From the human T2T-CHM13v2.0 reference genome, Homo sapiens, in the NCBI RefSeq assembly GCF_009914755.1, contig NC_060937.1: a stretch of 64,000 nucleotides of DNA; one strand, 5' to 3'. The position numbers and the translations under genes were made by a program. Below the pieces are notes generated by a model. That model searched no databases. It worked only from the letters and a program-made list of their open reading frames with translations, and was not told the origin of the DNA. Each line of letters opens with the position of its first letter. The first letter of the stretch is position 1. This document shows positions 14,491-28,322 of this stretch, in pieces.

Positions 14491-16236
14491 ATGATAAAAC
14501 AGGTCTATATTGGTATAAATTTTTTTAATGTTAAGATATTTTTTGTTTTGAATTATTACAGATTGTCCTTTTCAGAATTATATACACAAATATGTAAACA
14601 TGGAGTAAATTCTGGAAACAGATTTCAAAATGTAGCGGCGTTGGTCTCTAAGAGATTACTGAGTGATTTTTTTCTTCTTTATAATTCACAGTATTGTCTG
14701 CTTTTTTTAAATGGTCATATTATCACTTTTATAATAAACTAAACTATTTTAATTTGGGAAAGTGTAAAGTCTGTCTTCACTGTGTTTTCTCTTTACTTAT
14801 CTCCCAGTTTTATGTGGTCCAGAGAGGCTGCATCAGTCTCAGGCCCCTAAGCCTTGCCTGGTTCAACAGTATTATTTCACTCACGCTGGTCACCCCATTG
14901 TTAGAAAGAGCAAGGAAAGGAGGATGAGAAAGGAAGAGAGGGAGGGAGAAAATTGTCCCCAAGAAAAGGAAACTATTGTCTGGTAAGATTCAGCCCACTT
15001 TTCTTGTTAAATGATGTGAATTCAAATTGTTGATATATATCACCAACTTGACATGTGAAACTATTGTCTCAAAGCATATTATAAAATACTATATATGAAA
15101 ACATTGACAAATATACTGTAGTTGATGAGTACCAGATATGATTATTGTTCTTTTCATGTGTGATTACAGGTGATGGACAGATGGTTTCCTCAATTTATAT
15201 AATTTAAGATACAGATCATTCCCAATACAACTTAGAATCTCATTAGTCAGTACAATTTTCTGAAGGTAAGACTGTGAGTGTCACTCTTTCTTGTTTAAGT
15301 GGAAAGGGGTGATTGATTTCTGGCAGACTTGTTTTAAACAGTTTGCAAAATCTATTCTGGATTGGTTTCTGTGTTCCTGTGTTTTGTAGGGTTGTTATTA
15401 TCACTTGGAGAAAAAAGTCCCAAAAGAAAAGCCTTGTAGAATCTAAAATGTAGGATGGTTTTTTTTTTCTCAGATTTTGCCCATTTCTGTCTCATACTGC
15501 TGATAGGCAACTGAGAGGCCCTGAAGACAGGGTGTTCTAAAAAAAAAAGTTGTTCTTCCCCCAAATCTATGACAGCTGAAAGAAAACCCACTTTCTACCT
15601 ATATCCCAGCATGGAAAAATGACAACTCCACCTTGACAGAAAGGCCAGGATTCTATGAAAAACTAAATAGCCTACTATCTCCAGCTATTTCAACTCTGTC
15701 CTTCCTACACATTTGGCTGTTTGTTTATTTTTGTCAGAAAGACAGACTCAGTCTTTTGCCAGGGAATTTTCTAACATCCTGCCACCAACATCTGCACAGA
15801 ATAGAATGCTTTGGAAGGTTAGATGAAAAGAAAAAAAAAAAAAACTCTCTCTGAAAGGGGTGAGAAAGATACTAGTGTTTCTGTTTGAAGCAACAGAATG
15901 TGTAAGAGTAAGTGCCAACTAAACCATATCAATGAACCCTTGTGCCTGGCCAAAGCCTCAGGCTGCAAAGGAATCTGAGGCTGCTTCACAAAGGTGAAGG
16001 AGACATGAAGTGACTTCCCGCCGTGGCCACGCAGAACGATTCTGGATAGAACAACCATTCTGCGGGCACTCACTCTCCTCCTTAAGTAAAATACTCTGAA
16101 ATTGCACTTCAAAGCGTTTCTCACTTTTTATTGTTTTTCTTCTCCATCAGATTATAAATTCTAGAAAACAGAAAATATGGCTGATATATTCTCCAATATA
16201 GACTCAGTGTCTGCCACAGAGTAAATACTAGAGTTG

Positions 16237-16310
16237 AAGGAAAGAGGAAAGGAAGGAGGAAGGGAGGGAGGAAGGAGGAAAGGAAGAAAAGAGGAAGGGG
16301 AGAAGGAAAG
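16237..16310. repeat. Polypurine GGAA/GGAG low-complexity tract
   Basis: Direct reading. Confidence 0.9.
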
Positions 16311-16386
16311 GATTTGTGTATTTATCCAATTATATTTCCTCCGCCATCCACACTAGATTGCTTGCTTTCTGAAAATGCATCACGTT

Positions 16387-16702
<316 letters not shown>

Positions 16703-17986
16703 CTATGCGGCACCTAGCACAGTGCCTGGCAGGGAGTAAAATAGTCAATAAATGTCTGCTGAATTCAGCAGATTCTTTAGTGCTCATTAGGTTAACAATA
16801 GACTAAAATTGATATCATGGTTTAAAAGAATGCTAATATAGACACGCTTATAAATAAGCACTTTAAATGAATTAGTTTCATAAAAAGAAGTTTTTGATCC
16901 ATTCTGATAGCTAATTATTTCTGTCACTAAATCTACATGCCAGGCATATTTCTAAGGCTGGAGTAAGTGGCCGTCAACATGCCAGGATTGGATGGGTCAG
17001 TTTTGCACAGGCAGGCCGATTTCCTGTTCCAATCGGATTCGCTCTGGGCATATCAATTAGGAGAACGCTTGGAGGGCTAGTTCCATTGGCCTAGAAAGAT
17101 TATGCCTCAACTCAGCTGTTGTGATACTTTAAGATTATTCTGTTGTCCGAGGTGGAATGACCAGCTCCCACAGTCCCCTCCTGGGAGGACAAACCCATAT
17201 TAAGATGCTGTGGGAGAGGGAAGATGGGAAACCAGTATCAGATCCTATCTTCTCCCCAAAGCTCACACTCCCTGCTGCTCAGAGCCATCACTACAGCTAG
17301 ATGAGCTATCTCTAAGCTACAGCATGGATGAGAACTGTCCGGGTTCAAATTTCAGCTTTACCCGGCTAGATGAGTGCTTTGAGCAGGCCAGAGTATCTTT
17401 CTCAGTTTTCCAATCTGCAAAATGGGAATAAGTAATCCCTGTCTCAAGAATAATTGTTGCAGTGATTAAACTAAAGTGAGCTCCAGCATTGTCTCATGCA
17501 GCATTAATCACTATGCACATGCGTTGCTGCTAGATGTCTCCAACGAGTCCTTACTGAGTGTCAAGAATTTTGCTAAGCACTTGAAGTGCGTCTAAAATCC
17601 ACAACAAACCCATAAAGAAGGTCATAGTCCTAGTAGCAGTACCTTCTACAGATGTGGAAATTCATAGACAGATGTGAAAGACACATGCTCCACACGAGAA
17701 AGGTGGTGATTTTATTCTGGTGATTGAAATCAGGAGAATGACTCAGAAATAGCTCAAAGGAAAGAAAGGAGCCTGAGATCCCACACAAGCAGGTAGACGT
17801 GAGTCCTGTGGGAATCTGGAGGAAGAATGGACCAAGGACCTGTCACTGAGGAGAGGTACAGGAGGGGGACATTTGGAATATATGGTGAGCCATTTCCCGG
17901 CACACAGAAGTGGTGGAAGTTCTCACTGGTGCTGTTTTCCCGAAAGCACAAGACTGAGGTAAAATCCAGTGTTAAAATTCATGGGT

Positions 17987-18262
<276 letters not shown>

Positions 18263-18596
18263 GTAGTGATAGTAAATAGAGTCTTAACAATGATGGCAGT
18301 GCTAATAGGAAACAGTTATTGATGGTTTGCTGTGTGACACGTCCCTCATACACTAAAACCTTTGCATGCTTTATAAACATGTACAGTAATCCTGCAGGGA
18401 AATTTCCTAATGATTTTTCTGTTTTACGGGTCAAAATGTCAATTTTCACAGAGATCAGATGAAACTCACTCAAGTAAAACTGACACGAAGTGGAAGCATT
18501 GGCTTTGCACCTGGGCTCTGACTTCCCATCGGATTCGCCCCGGACAACACAGAAGAGTTTCCACGCAATGAGACCTCTTTATATGTTCAGCAATGA

Positions 18597-18984
<388 letters not shown>

Positions 18985-19561
18985 AGTTCTACTTCTTTTC
19001 TTTTCATTTTCTTGTTTTAACGTACAGCATCACACGACGTGCCTGAGTCTTCCAAGACCCCTAAGTCTTCCAAGATCTCTGGTTAGGGATGAAAACTTAC
19101 ATAATAGTGGCTTTAAAGATTAAGATGGTTGTCATATTAATTTTTAAAAATGGCTAGAAAAAGAGGTCAAATATACAGGAAAGTCAATCTAGAGAATATC
19201 TTTACATTGATTTCCTGATGCGCTACATATCACTGCATGCATTGAAACCTGGGATACACAAAAAAGTTATGCTGAGGTATCATCTCTAAGAATTCAATAC
19301 AGGAGTGAGGTCGAGATTGCCTTTTGAGAGTAAATCCAGAAGCCAACTTAATAGATCAGAGCAGAATTAAGGCAAAATTACTTTAGGATAATGGAAGGTC
19401 TCCCTGACCACAGCAAACCTGAACTGAAGGAATTAGCTTATTAAAGAAACAATGTGTCTTTTAAAAAGAGAAAGAAGTAGAGAGTAGTTAAAGCAAAGTG
19501 AAAAGGCAAACACAGACCCGTTGCACCCAAGCCTCGTTCGGGGAAAGAATGTGGTTTTCTA

Positions 19562-19975
<414 letters not shown>

Positions 19976-20700
19976 TCACTGCAGATAATTACACAAATGA
20001 TTTGTACATATCTTATTTTGTTCAGACTCATTAAAACATATAAATGTATATTCATTTACATTGAAGTTTTCACTAATGGTTGCACTAGCTGGACCTTGCC
20101 ATAATATTTCTTGCATTAACACACAGATGACAAATTATAAATGGTCTGTTTCTTCCTATTTTGGTTAAGTCAGAGTAAAAATTTATTAACTCCTGTGAAA
20201 CAATTTAATTCAGAAAAGGTAGTTCTAGAGTTTTCTCCTTAGTATTTCCTGTTGTCTCATCAACAATTAATTTGGAAAAAAAAAGTTTTAAAGATTAAAC
20301 TATTTTGTATGAGAATATGAACTGCTGTATTTAGAATATTGTTGCAAACCCACCTTTAACTAACAGTGTTTATGATTAGAAGGAGCTTGTTAAGACGGCA
20401 TCCCACCCCTACACAACCCAGGGTGGACATTGCCTGCAAGTTCCCATTAGCAGTGAAGCGCTGGTGCCACATCTCCTGGCATCTCTGTTGGAAGAACTTC
20501 ATACCCTAAGCCAAGGACACAGGGTGTGCTGGGTCCTTACATTCCCCTATCCCTGGGAATGGGGTGAGATACTCCAGGGGCCCTAGGACAAATGTTCACT
20601 GAGTCAAGAAATGCCCTTAGAATTCTCCGGCAGCAGCGCCCCTCTTTCAGGCAAGCAAGGGGAGGTCTGTCTGGGGTTCTGCACTGTAGAGTGACTCATA

Positions 20701-22368
20701 TCACACACATGCACACCCCTATACACACACCTACACACGCACCCTAACACACACCCTACACACACACATCTACACACACCCTACACACACTCCCCTAACA
20801 CACACCCGATGCACACACACCCCAACACACACACACCCCTACACACACTCCCTAACCACATAACCTACACACACACCCACACCCCATGAACATACCTACA
20901 CACACACATACCCTTACACACACACCCTACACACACACATCTACACAACCCTACACACACTCTCCTAACACACACCCTATGCACACACACCCAAACACAT
21001 ACACCTATACATACATCTATACACACACACACCCCTACACACACTCCCTAACCACACACCCTACACGCACACCTCTATGCACACACCCACACCCCTATAC
21101 ACATACCTACACACACACAACCTCACACACACACATTCTACATACACACATCTACACACACCCTACACACACACTCCTAACACACACCCTATGCACGCAC
21201 ACCCCAACACACACACCTATACATACACCTATCCACACACACACCCCTACACACACTCCCTAACCACATGCCCTACCCACACACCCCTACACACACACCC
21301 ACACCCCTATACACACATCTACACACACACAGATACCCCTACACATACACACTCCCCTAACACACATCCTACACACACACCGCTACACACACCCCTACAC
21401 ACACACACCTACACACACAATCCCCTACACATATACCCTAACGCACACCCTACACACATACCAACACAGTCCCCTAACATACACCCTATGCCCACACACC
21501 CCTACACACACACACCCATACACACACCTACACACACACCCATACACACACCTACACACACACCCCTATACACACACCCTAACACACACCCTACACACAC
21601 ACCAACCCACACACTCCCCTAACACACACCCTATGCACACATGCCTATACACACACCTACACACACACATAGCCCTACACTCACACTCTAACACACACCA
21701 CACAAACACCTCTACACATACACCCCTACACACACACTCCCCTAACACACACCCTACACACACACACAACCCTACACACACACTTCCCTAACAAATACCC
21801 TATGCACACACACCCCTACACTCACACATGCTCATACACACACTTACACACACACATAGCCCTACAGACACAGTCCCCTTACACACACCTGTACACACAC
21901 ACCACACATACACACCCCTACACACACTTCCCTAACACATACCCTATGCACACACACCAACACACACCCCAACACACACACCTATACACACACCTACACA
22001 ACTTCCCTAACACACCTCCCTACACACAGACACCTATACACACCCCTACACAAACATATCTACATACATACACACCTACACACTCCCCTACTCACACAAC
22101 TTTACACACACCCCTACACACATATCTACATACATACACACACCCTTACACACACCTACCTACATACATTTACATACATACACACTCCTACACACATACC
22201 CACCTGCACACACAACCCTATACACACACCCATACAAGCACAACCCCCTACACACACACCCCAATACACAACCATACACACATACACCCCTAATACATAC
22301 TCATCTACACACATACACATCTACACACACATACCTACGCAAGCACGTCTACATACATACACACCTAC
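20701..22368. repeat. 1.67 kb degenerate (CA)n / CCCTA-core array with higher-order units
   Basis: Almost G-free plus strand; recurring ccctac/ccctat/ccctaa cores between (CA)n runs; short continuation at 22867-22950. Confidence 0.95.
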
Positions 22369-22866
22369 TGTATCAGTCTGTTTTCACGCTGCTGATAAAG
22401 GCATACCTGAGACTGGGCAATTTAAAAAAGAAAGAGAGGTTTAATGATCTTACAGTTTCATGTGGCTGGGGAGGCCCCACAATCATGGTGGAAGGCAAGG
22501 AGGAGTTAAGTCACGTCTTACATGGATGGCAGCAGGCAGAGAGAGAGCTTGTGCAGGGAAACTCCTCTTTATAAAACCATCAGATCTCATGAGACTTATT
22601 CACTATCATGAGAACAGCACAGGAAAGACCTGCCCCCAGGAGGAGCAAATCATGTCTTACATGGTTGGCAGCAGGCAAAGAGAGAGGGCTTGTGCAGGGA
22701 AATTCCCCCTTATAAAACCATCAAATCTTGTGAGACTTATTCACTACCACAAGAATAGCATGGGAAAGACCTGCCCCCATGATTCAATTGCCTCCCACCA
22801 GGTCCCTGTCACAACACAAGGGAATTGAAGATGAGATTTGGGTGGGGACATGCCCAAACCCTATCA
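22369..22866 (-). mobile_element. THE1B-like MaLR solo LTR with ~140 bp internal duplication
   Basis: tgtatcagtctgttttcacgctgctgataaag ... ccctatca; perfect 5 bp TSD cctac at 22364-22368 and 22867-22871. Confidence 0.93.
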
Positions 22867-23500
22867 CCTACACAAATGCACAGCCCCCGCCCCACAACCC
22901 TACACACACACAACCCTACAGGCACACCCCTACACACAAACACATTCACACAAAGTTATACCTGAGAACATGAGCACCCCTGCCCCTGAAAACCCAACAT
23001 TCTGTGCTGGGGCAGTGCTGCCTGTGACCTTCCACATCCATTCTCATGACAAAGGCTGCACAGACAAAATTCAACTCTTGCCCACATCTCTTTCCCTAAT
23101 GCCCTCTAAACAAGAAGAGATCATGTCCAGATGAAGAAAAAATTTGTGTTGTGTCCCTGTCATGTCAGACACGGGTCTTGCTTAGATGTGCAGCATGATT
23201 TAAGTGGCCCTTGAATGAGAGAAATGACAAATTAGCCAGCCACACCTGGCTGCTGCAAGGTTGCTGCAGACCTGCATAGTGGAGTCTTCTTCTCCAAGAG
23301 TGCTGACTTTCTTCCTGCTGCTCCATTTTGTGGGTCTAAAGGACCTCAAACCCTTGCCCAGTCTTCCCAGCAGCTGCAGAGGACAGCTGCAGAGGAAAAA
23401 TAGTTTGCAATACTAAAAAAATTCATGTTACTATTCAATTTATATGCTATGCATTTTTAATTTTTAGTCATCTAAATATTGCTGTCCATGAAGAGAACAC

Positions 23501-23868
23501 TGTATTAGTTTGTTCTCATGCTGTTAATAAAGACACACCCAAGACTGGGTAATTTATAAAGGAAAGAGGTTTAATGGACTCACAATTCCACATGGCTGGG
23601 GAGGACTCACAATCATGGTGGAAGGCAAAGGAGGAGCAAAGGCATGTCTTACATGGCAGCAGGCAAGATAGCTTGTGTAGGGGAACTCCTACTTAAAAAA
23701 CCATCAGATCTCGTGAGACTTATTCACTAACACGAGAACAGCATGGGAAAGACCTGTCCCCTTGATTCAATTACCTCCCACTGGGTCCTTCCCACAACAC
23801 ATAGGAATTATGAGAGCTACAATTCAAGATGACATTTTGACGGCGGGGGACACAGCCAAAGCATATCA
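23501..23868 (-). mobile_element. THE1C-like MaLR solo LTR
   Basis: tgtattagtttgttctcatgctg ... gacacagccaaagcatatca; TSD aacac / aacaa. Confidence 0.93.
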
Positions 23869-24634
23869 AACAACCAGACGCTCACAGTGCTAAAGAAATT
23901 ACTTTGTCTTCAGTAGCTTGCTGACATCATTAATATTATAGATTTGCATATGCTGTTTACTTTGTAATTATGAAAATATATTTGTGAGGGAATGGGATAT
24001 AGAATATTTTTTACTCAATGAAATTTTGGTACATAACCTGAAATTATTAAATGTACAATATGTGGGCCCTCACTGCTACTTTTGCCCTGTATCTGCAAGG
24101 CCCATCTGTGATGATGGTGACTTTTATAAGCAGAGCATTCCCACTTCTCTGTTTGCAGTGTTTGCTGCTAGAACCTTTCAACTTGCTCTTACATTAAGAT
24201 AGTTGTTGATATGTCTTTATTTCCCCCTAAGATTATTTTCTTTATAATTGAAAGAAGAGCTCTCAAACATAGCCCTCATAGAGCTAAACAGAGCAGATGA
24301 CCATTAGACCAGATGCAGCTGTCATATGTATGAAGTCTGGCCCTTTTTTTATGGAGGGAAAAACAAGTCGAAGTTACTGATATTTACAAATTGGAAAAGT
24401 TCACAACAACACTAGAACATTAGATGATCTGAAAACCCTGGCATTTCTTCAGAGCAACGATAGGCAAAGCTGAGTCTCAACTGACTCTGTCTGAAGAAGG
24501 GGCCTGCCATTTGTCACAGACTCCACTGCTTCCTTTTTCCAGACACTAAGACCATTGCTGTTTCTCACCATTCTTTCATTGCTGTTCATCAAACAACAGG
24601 TTCAATCTTTCATTTCTATTCTCTACCCTGGCAA

Positions 24635-24704
24635 GAACGTTGGAGCTTACCATCATAAGTGACAGGAATGAACATTGGAGCTTACCATCATAAGTGACGG
24701 GAAT
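24635..24704. repeat. 2 x 35 bp tandem duplication
   Basis: gaacRttggagcttaccatcataagtgacRggaat twice, 2 mismatches. Confidence 0.95.
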
Positions 24705-25534
24705 AGCATTATCTCCAAACCTGAGATCCTTCCAATGGGAATTCTACAACTCCTGGGAGTTTATGATTCACACATGTAGACAATGTCTGTACCTATACTC
24801 AGAGATGTAGACTGGCCTCAATAGAGTTCATTGAGCTAAAACAATACTAGGTAAACAATGGAATTTATTTTCAAGACTGAACTCAGTTCTCATCAGTTCA
24901 AGGTTAACCTCAACAAAATGAATCCAGTAATGGAAAGAAAATGAAAAAAAGAACAAACAAAACGAAATGACTGCACTACGTATTTAGGCCCAGCTGACAG
25001 AATCTCAACACTGAATGATACTGATAAATAGGTTTCCTTGTGTATCCAGTGTGAAGTCTTGGTTGTTATTCGTTTTCCAACGAACATTAAAGTCATCTTT
25101 GGATTCTCTGCATTTCTAAAGTCTGGAAATGTTTTATTCCACCCAGTGGCAAAACACATCTCAGCTATTGAGTGTTTGCATCTGAGATCTGGAATAAGCA
25201 GAACTGTGGTTTGTGTTCTTGCATCTGGGAAATGAATCAGAGCTCCTATTAGACATGATTGCCCTTATTAGTGGATGTGACTTTTCAACCAGGCCTTTGG
25301 GGGTTTTATGACTAACAGGATTGCATGGAAATTGCTCAGGAAAACAGAAGATCTTACTCTAGCAATCTGAATGAAAAAGAAATAATGCAAAATAATACTG
25401 ACATTTTGATGACAAAAAGGAGAGAAAGTTTAGGCTGAGGTTGCCATGTGAGGTTATTGGATGTGATTTTGCAAAGGATGCGACCAGCTTTATGTTGAAT
25501 AAACCCTGGAAGTTTAACAGTTACTGATCTTTGG

Positions 25535-25721
25535 CAAGGCTCAGCAAACTGCAGTCGGTGTTTCTAGCCATTGTTTTTGCTGAAATGCAGTTATCCTCAT
25601 TCATTTACCTATTGTTTATAACTGCTTTCACACCACAATGGCAGAATTGAGTAGTTGCCACAGAAACCGGCTTAACATATTTACTACAGAGCCCTTGACA
25701 GAAACATTTTGTCAATCCCTG
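25535..25721. mobile_element. MER58A-like hAT-Charlie relic
   Basis: cattcatttacctattgt...acaatggcagaattgagtagttgc...atatttact...gccctt...tccctg. Confidence 0.72.
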
Positions 25722-26485
25722 CCCTAGACAGAAGTTTCTGCCTAGATTCCAAATGATTATTTAAAATTTGACTTTGCAGCAGTGTCCCCAAGAACATGTG
25801 TGTTCTCTAGAGGTAGATGGACCTGGATATAAAACCTGGTCTGTGTGTTCAATGAATGAATATTATGGAAATGTCCACTCTGTGCTAGGTACCAGTCTAG
25901 GTGATGAGGATCAAAGAGTGCACAAGGCAGGACCCTCCACTCTCAGAGACCTTACATTCCAACAGTCCTATCAACTAATATTAGAAACTACAGGAAAGGT
26001 ATTTCTCAGAAAACCTATTTCCTCAGTAGTAGGGTGTACTAGTACGTTATTTATAGAGTTACAATGGCAATTACAAGGTAAAATATGTAAAATTGCCAAT
26101 ACAATGTCTGGCATGAAGAAATAGTGCAATAAATATTATTTTACTCTCAATAAATGGGTGAAAAAGTACTTTATTTTGTTATTTCAGGGTCAATTCAGCT
26201 AATAAGTAATTTAAGTTAGGGTCATATTGTGCTCAAGCTGATTATGTTGATTTGATGAATCCTTGGAAGTGAGGTGGGTGAGGTGGGGTTGGGCCCACCA
26301 TGACACTTGACGTGTAGCTGATGAAATTGAACTTCACAGATGAGGGCCGGGGAGTACTTTGAGAACGACTGTTAGGATGGGTGGATGATAATCAGATCCA
26401 TGTTTTAGAAAGATAGTTATGGCACATGTTTGGATAATAGGTTGATTTGATAGTTCTGATTTTGCAAAAGATAAATAACTTAGAC

Positions 26486-26675
26486 CTATGCTGTCAATAC
26501 AATAGTCACTAGTCAATGAGGCTACTGAAATTCAAATAAACTAAAATTTAAAAAGATAAAAAAGGGTCCTCCAGCAGAATAGCCACATTTCAAGTGCTGA
26601 ACAGCCAGCTGGGGCTAGTTGCAACTACAGATATTGGATATTCCCATTATCACAGGCAAGTCTACCCAGTAATGC
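26486..26675. mobile_element. MER3-like hAT-Charlie relic
   Basis: tagccacatttcaagtgctgaacagccag...ggctagttgc core. Confidence 0.68.
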
Positions 26676-27420
26676 TCAGTACACTTTGGAAAACATATAA
26701 GTTAATGCTTTTCAAACAAATGATATACTGTAATTGTTTGGAGTTGATAAATCTGGCTTAATGGCTCTAGAAATTTGATGATTTTTTGGTAGGTAATGAG
26801 GGAGGTTGTTGAATGAGAATAAAGGAAATTCCTCTTCTCATTGGGACCTATGATTTGGGCCCAGACCGTACAATATAGAGCAGCATCGAGTGATTCCAAC
26901 AATGAGAGTGTGTTTTGCCCTGAACTTGTGAATTCAGACCAGGAGCAAGTGCTAAATCCAGTGCCATTGTGATTGACACTAGCTCCAGCCTCTAAAGGCA
27001 GTTCTGTGAACTCAGCATCTTCTACGACAGCCAATATCCAAGACAACACTTGTGGAGACTTTTGGCCTTAATTGGACACATCTGAGTTGGAAATGTATTA
27101 CTGCAATCAATATTGGCAATAAGGATGCACATTGGTCACCAAAATTAGTAGTATACCCTTTATGTGGTCCAGCGGGACAACACTGGTTCCCAGCCCATGC
27201 AGCCACACACAGCAGACCAGCAATCTCAGAGAGTCACCAGCTGTTGAGGCAGCAGCTACTGACAAGAGGAAAGCCTGGAAGGGAAGAACATGCAGAATGC
27301 TTTCTGGATGACAACAACTTCTCAAAAACTTGCAAAAGTACCTGGGAAACAGTTTGAGGCAAGCTAATATCTATCAAGTGAATAGCTTAGATTGCATACT
27401 ACAAAAACTTGGATGTAACT

Positions 27421-27583
27421 GCCAGATGCTGTGACCACATGCAGTCCCAGCTACTTGGGAGGCTGAGGTAGGGGATCACCTGAGCCCAGGAGTGAGCAGT
27501 GAGCAATAAGCTGTAATCACACCAGACTGGGAAGGTGATAGAGTGAGACCTCAACTCTTAAAATTAAAAAAAAAAAAAAAAAA
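27421..27583 (+). mobile_element. Old Alu monomer (FLAM/FRAM-like)
   Basis: cccagctacttgggaggctgaggtaggggatcacctgagcccagg plus A-tail; TSD aaaaacttggat at 27403-27414 and 27875-27886 brackets this element plus the next Alu. Confidence 0.82.
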
Positions 27584-27874
27584 GCCAGGTGCGGTGGCTC
27601 ACGCCTGTAATCCCAGCACTTTGGGAGGCCGAGGTGGGCAGATCACGAGGTCAGGAGATCGAGACCATCCTGGCTAACACAGTGAAACCCCATCTCTACT
27701 AAAAATACAAAAATTAGCCAGGCATGGTGGCAGGCGCCTGTAGTCCCAGCTACTCGGGAGGCTGAGGCAGGAGAATGGCGTGAACCCGGGGAGGCGGAGC
27801 TTGCAGTGAGCCGAGATTGCGCCACTGCCCTCCAGCCTGGGCGACAGGGTGAGACATAAAAAAAAAATAAAGAA
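27584..27874 (+). mobile_element. AluY inserted into the monomer's A-tail
   Basis: gagatcgagaccatcctggctaacac, gaatggcgtgaacc and ggagcttgcagtg diagnostics. Confidence 0.95.
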
Positions 27875-28105
27875 AAAAACTTGGATAGAAAAGAATATAT
27901 ACTCTCATTTTAAAGTCAAAGCCTGGTGAGGTCTGATATATGGGAATAATCTTTTCTCATAACCAAAAAGACAGTCATTTGAAGGCCTTTTTGCATTATT
28001 GAAATTAAGAATTTGTAATTTTCTTTTGGAATATAGTAAAGTTTCTTAATTGAAATGAATGAACCCTGGCAGACTAGTCTAACAAACACTATAGTCATCA
28101 GTAGG

Positions 28106-28135
28106 CTTACTTTTTCCTTTCTTTTTTTTCTTTTC

Positions 28136-28166
<31 letters not shown>

Positions 28167-28322
28167 CTCTCCCTTCCTTCCTTCCTTTCTTTTTTTCTTT
28201 CGTTCTTTTTCTTTCTTTTCTTTGTTCTTTCTTTCCTGCTTTTTTCTTTCCTTCTGTCTTGCTTTTTCTTCTTCCTTTTTTCTTTCTTGATTCCCTCCTT
28301 CCTTCTTTATTTTTGATTTCTT
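28106..28322. repeat. Polypyrimidine (TTTC/TTCC) low-complexity tract
   Basis: Direct reading. Confidence 0.93.

Noticed and set aside
20631-20650. Possible CTCF site (cagcagcgcccctctttc)
   Set aside because: Spacing and 5' half do not fit CCASYAGRKGGC.
20886-22293. 125-181 aa His/Thr/Pro-rich ORFs
   Set aside because: Translations of the CA-rich array, which is stop-poor by composition.
20742-22293. Interstitial telomere or chromosome fusion site
   Set aside because: CCCTAA units are single and dispersed, never tandem or head-to-head.
24893-25224. Minus-strand open frame after a plausible acceptor (DARTQTTVLLIPDL...)
   Set aside because: No recognisable homology and no convincing donor.
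26702-27357. Cluster of 64-115 aa ORFs in unique sequence
   Set aside because: Frames do not join into a coherent protein; no domain recognised.
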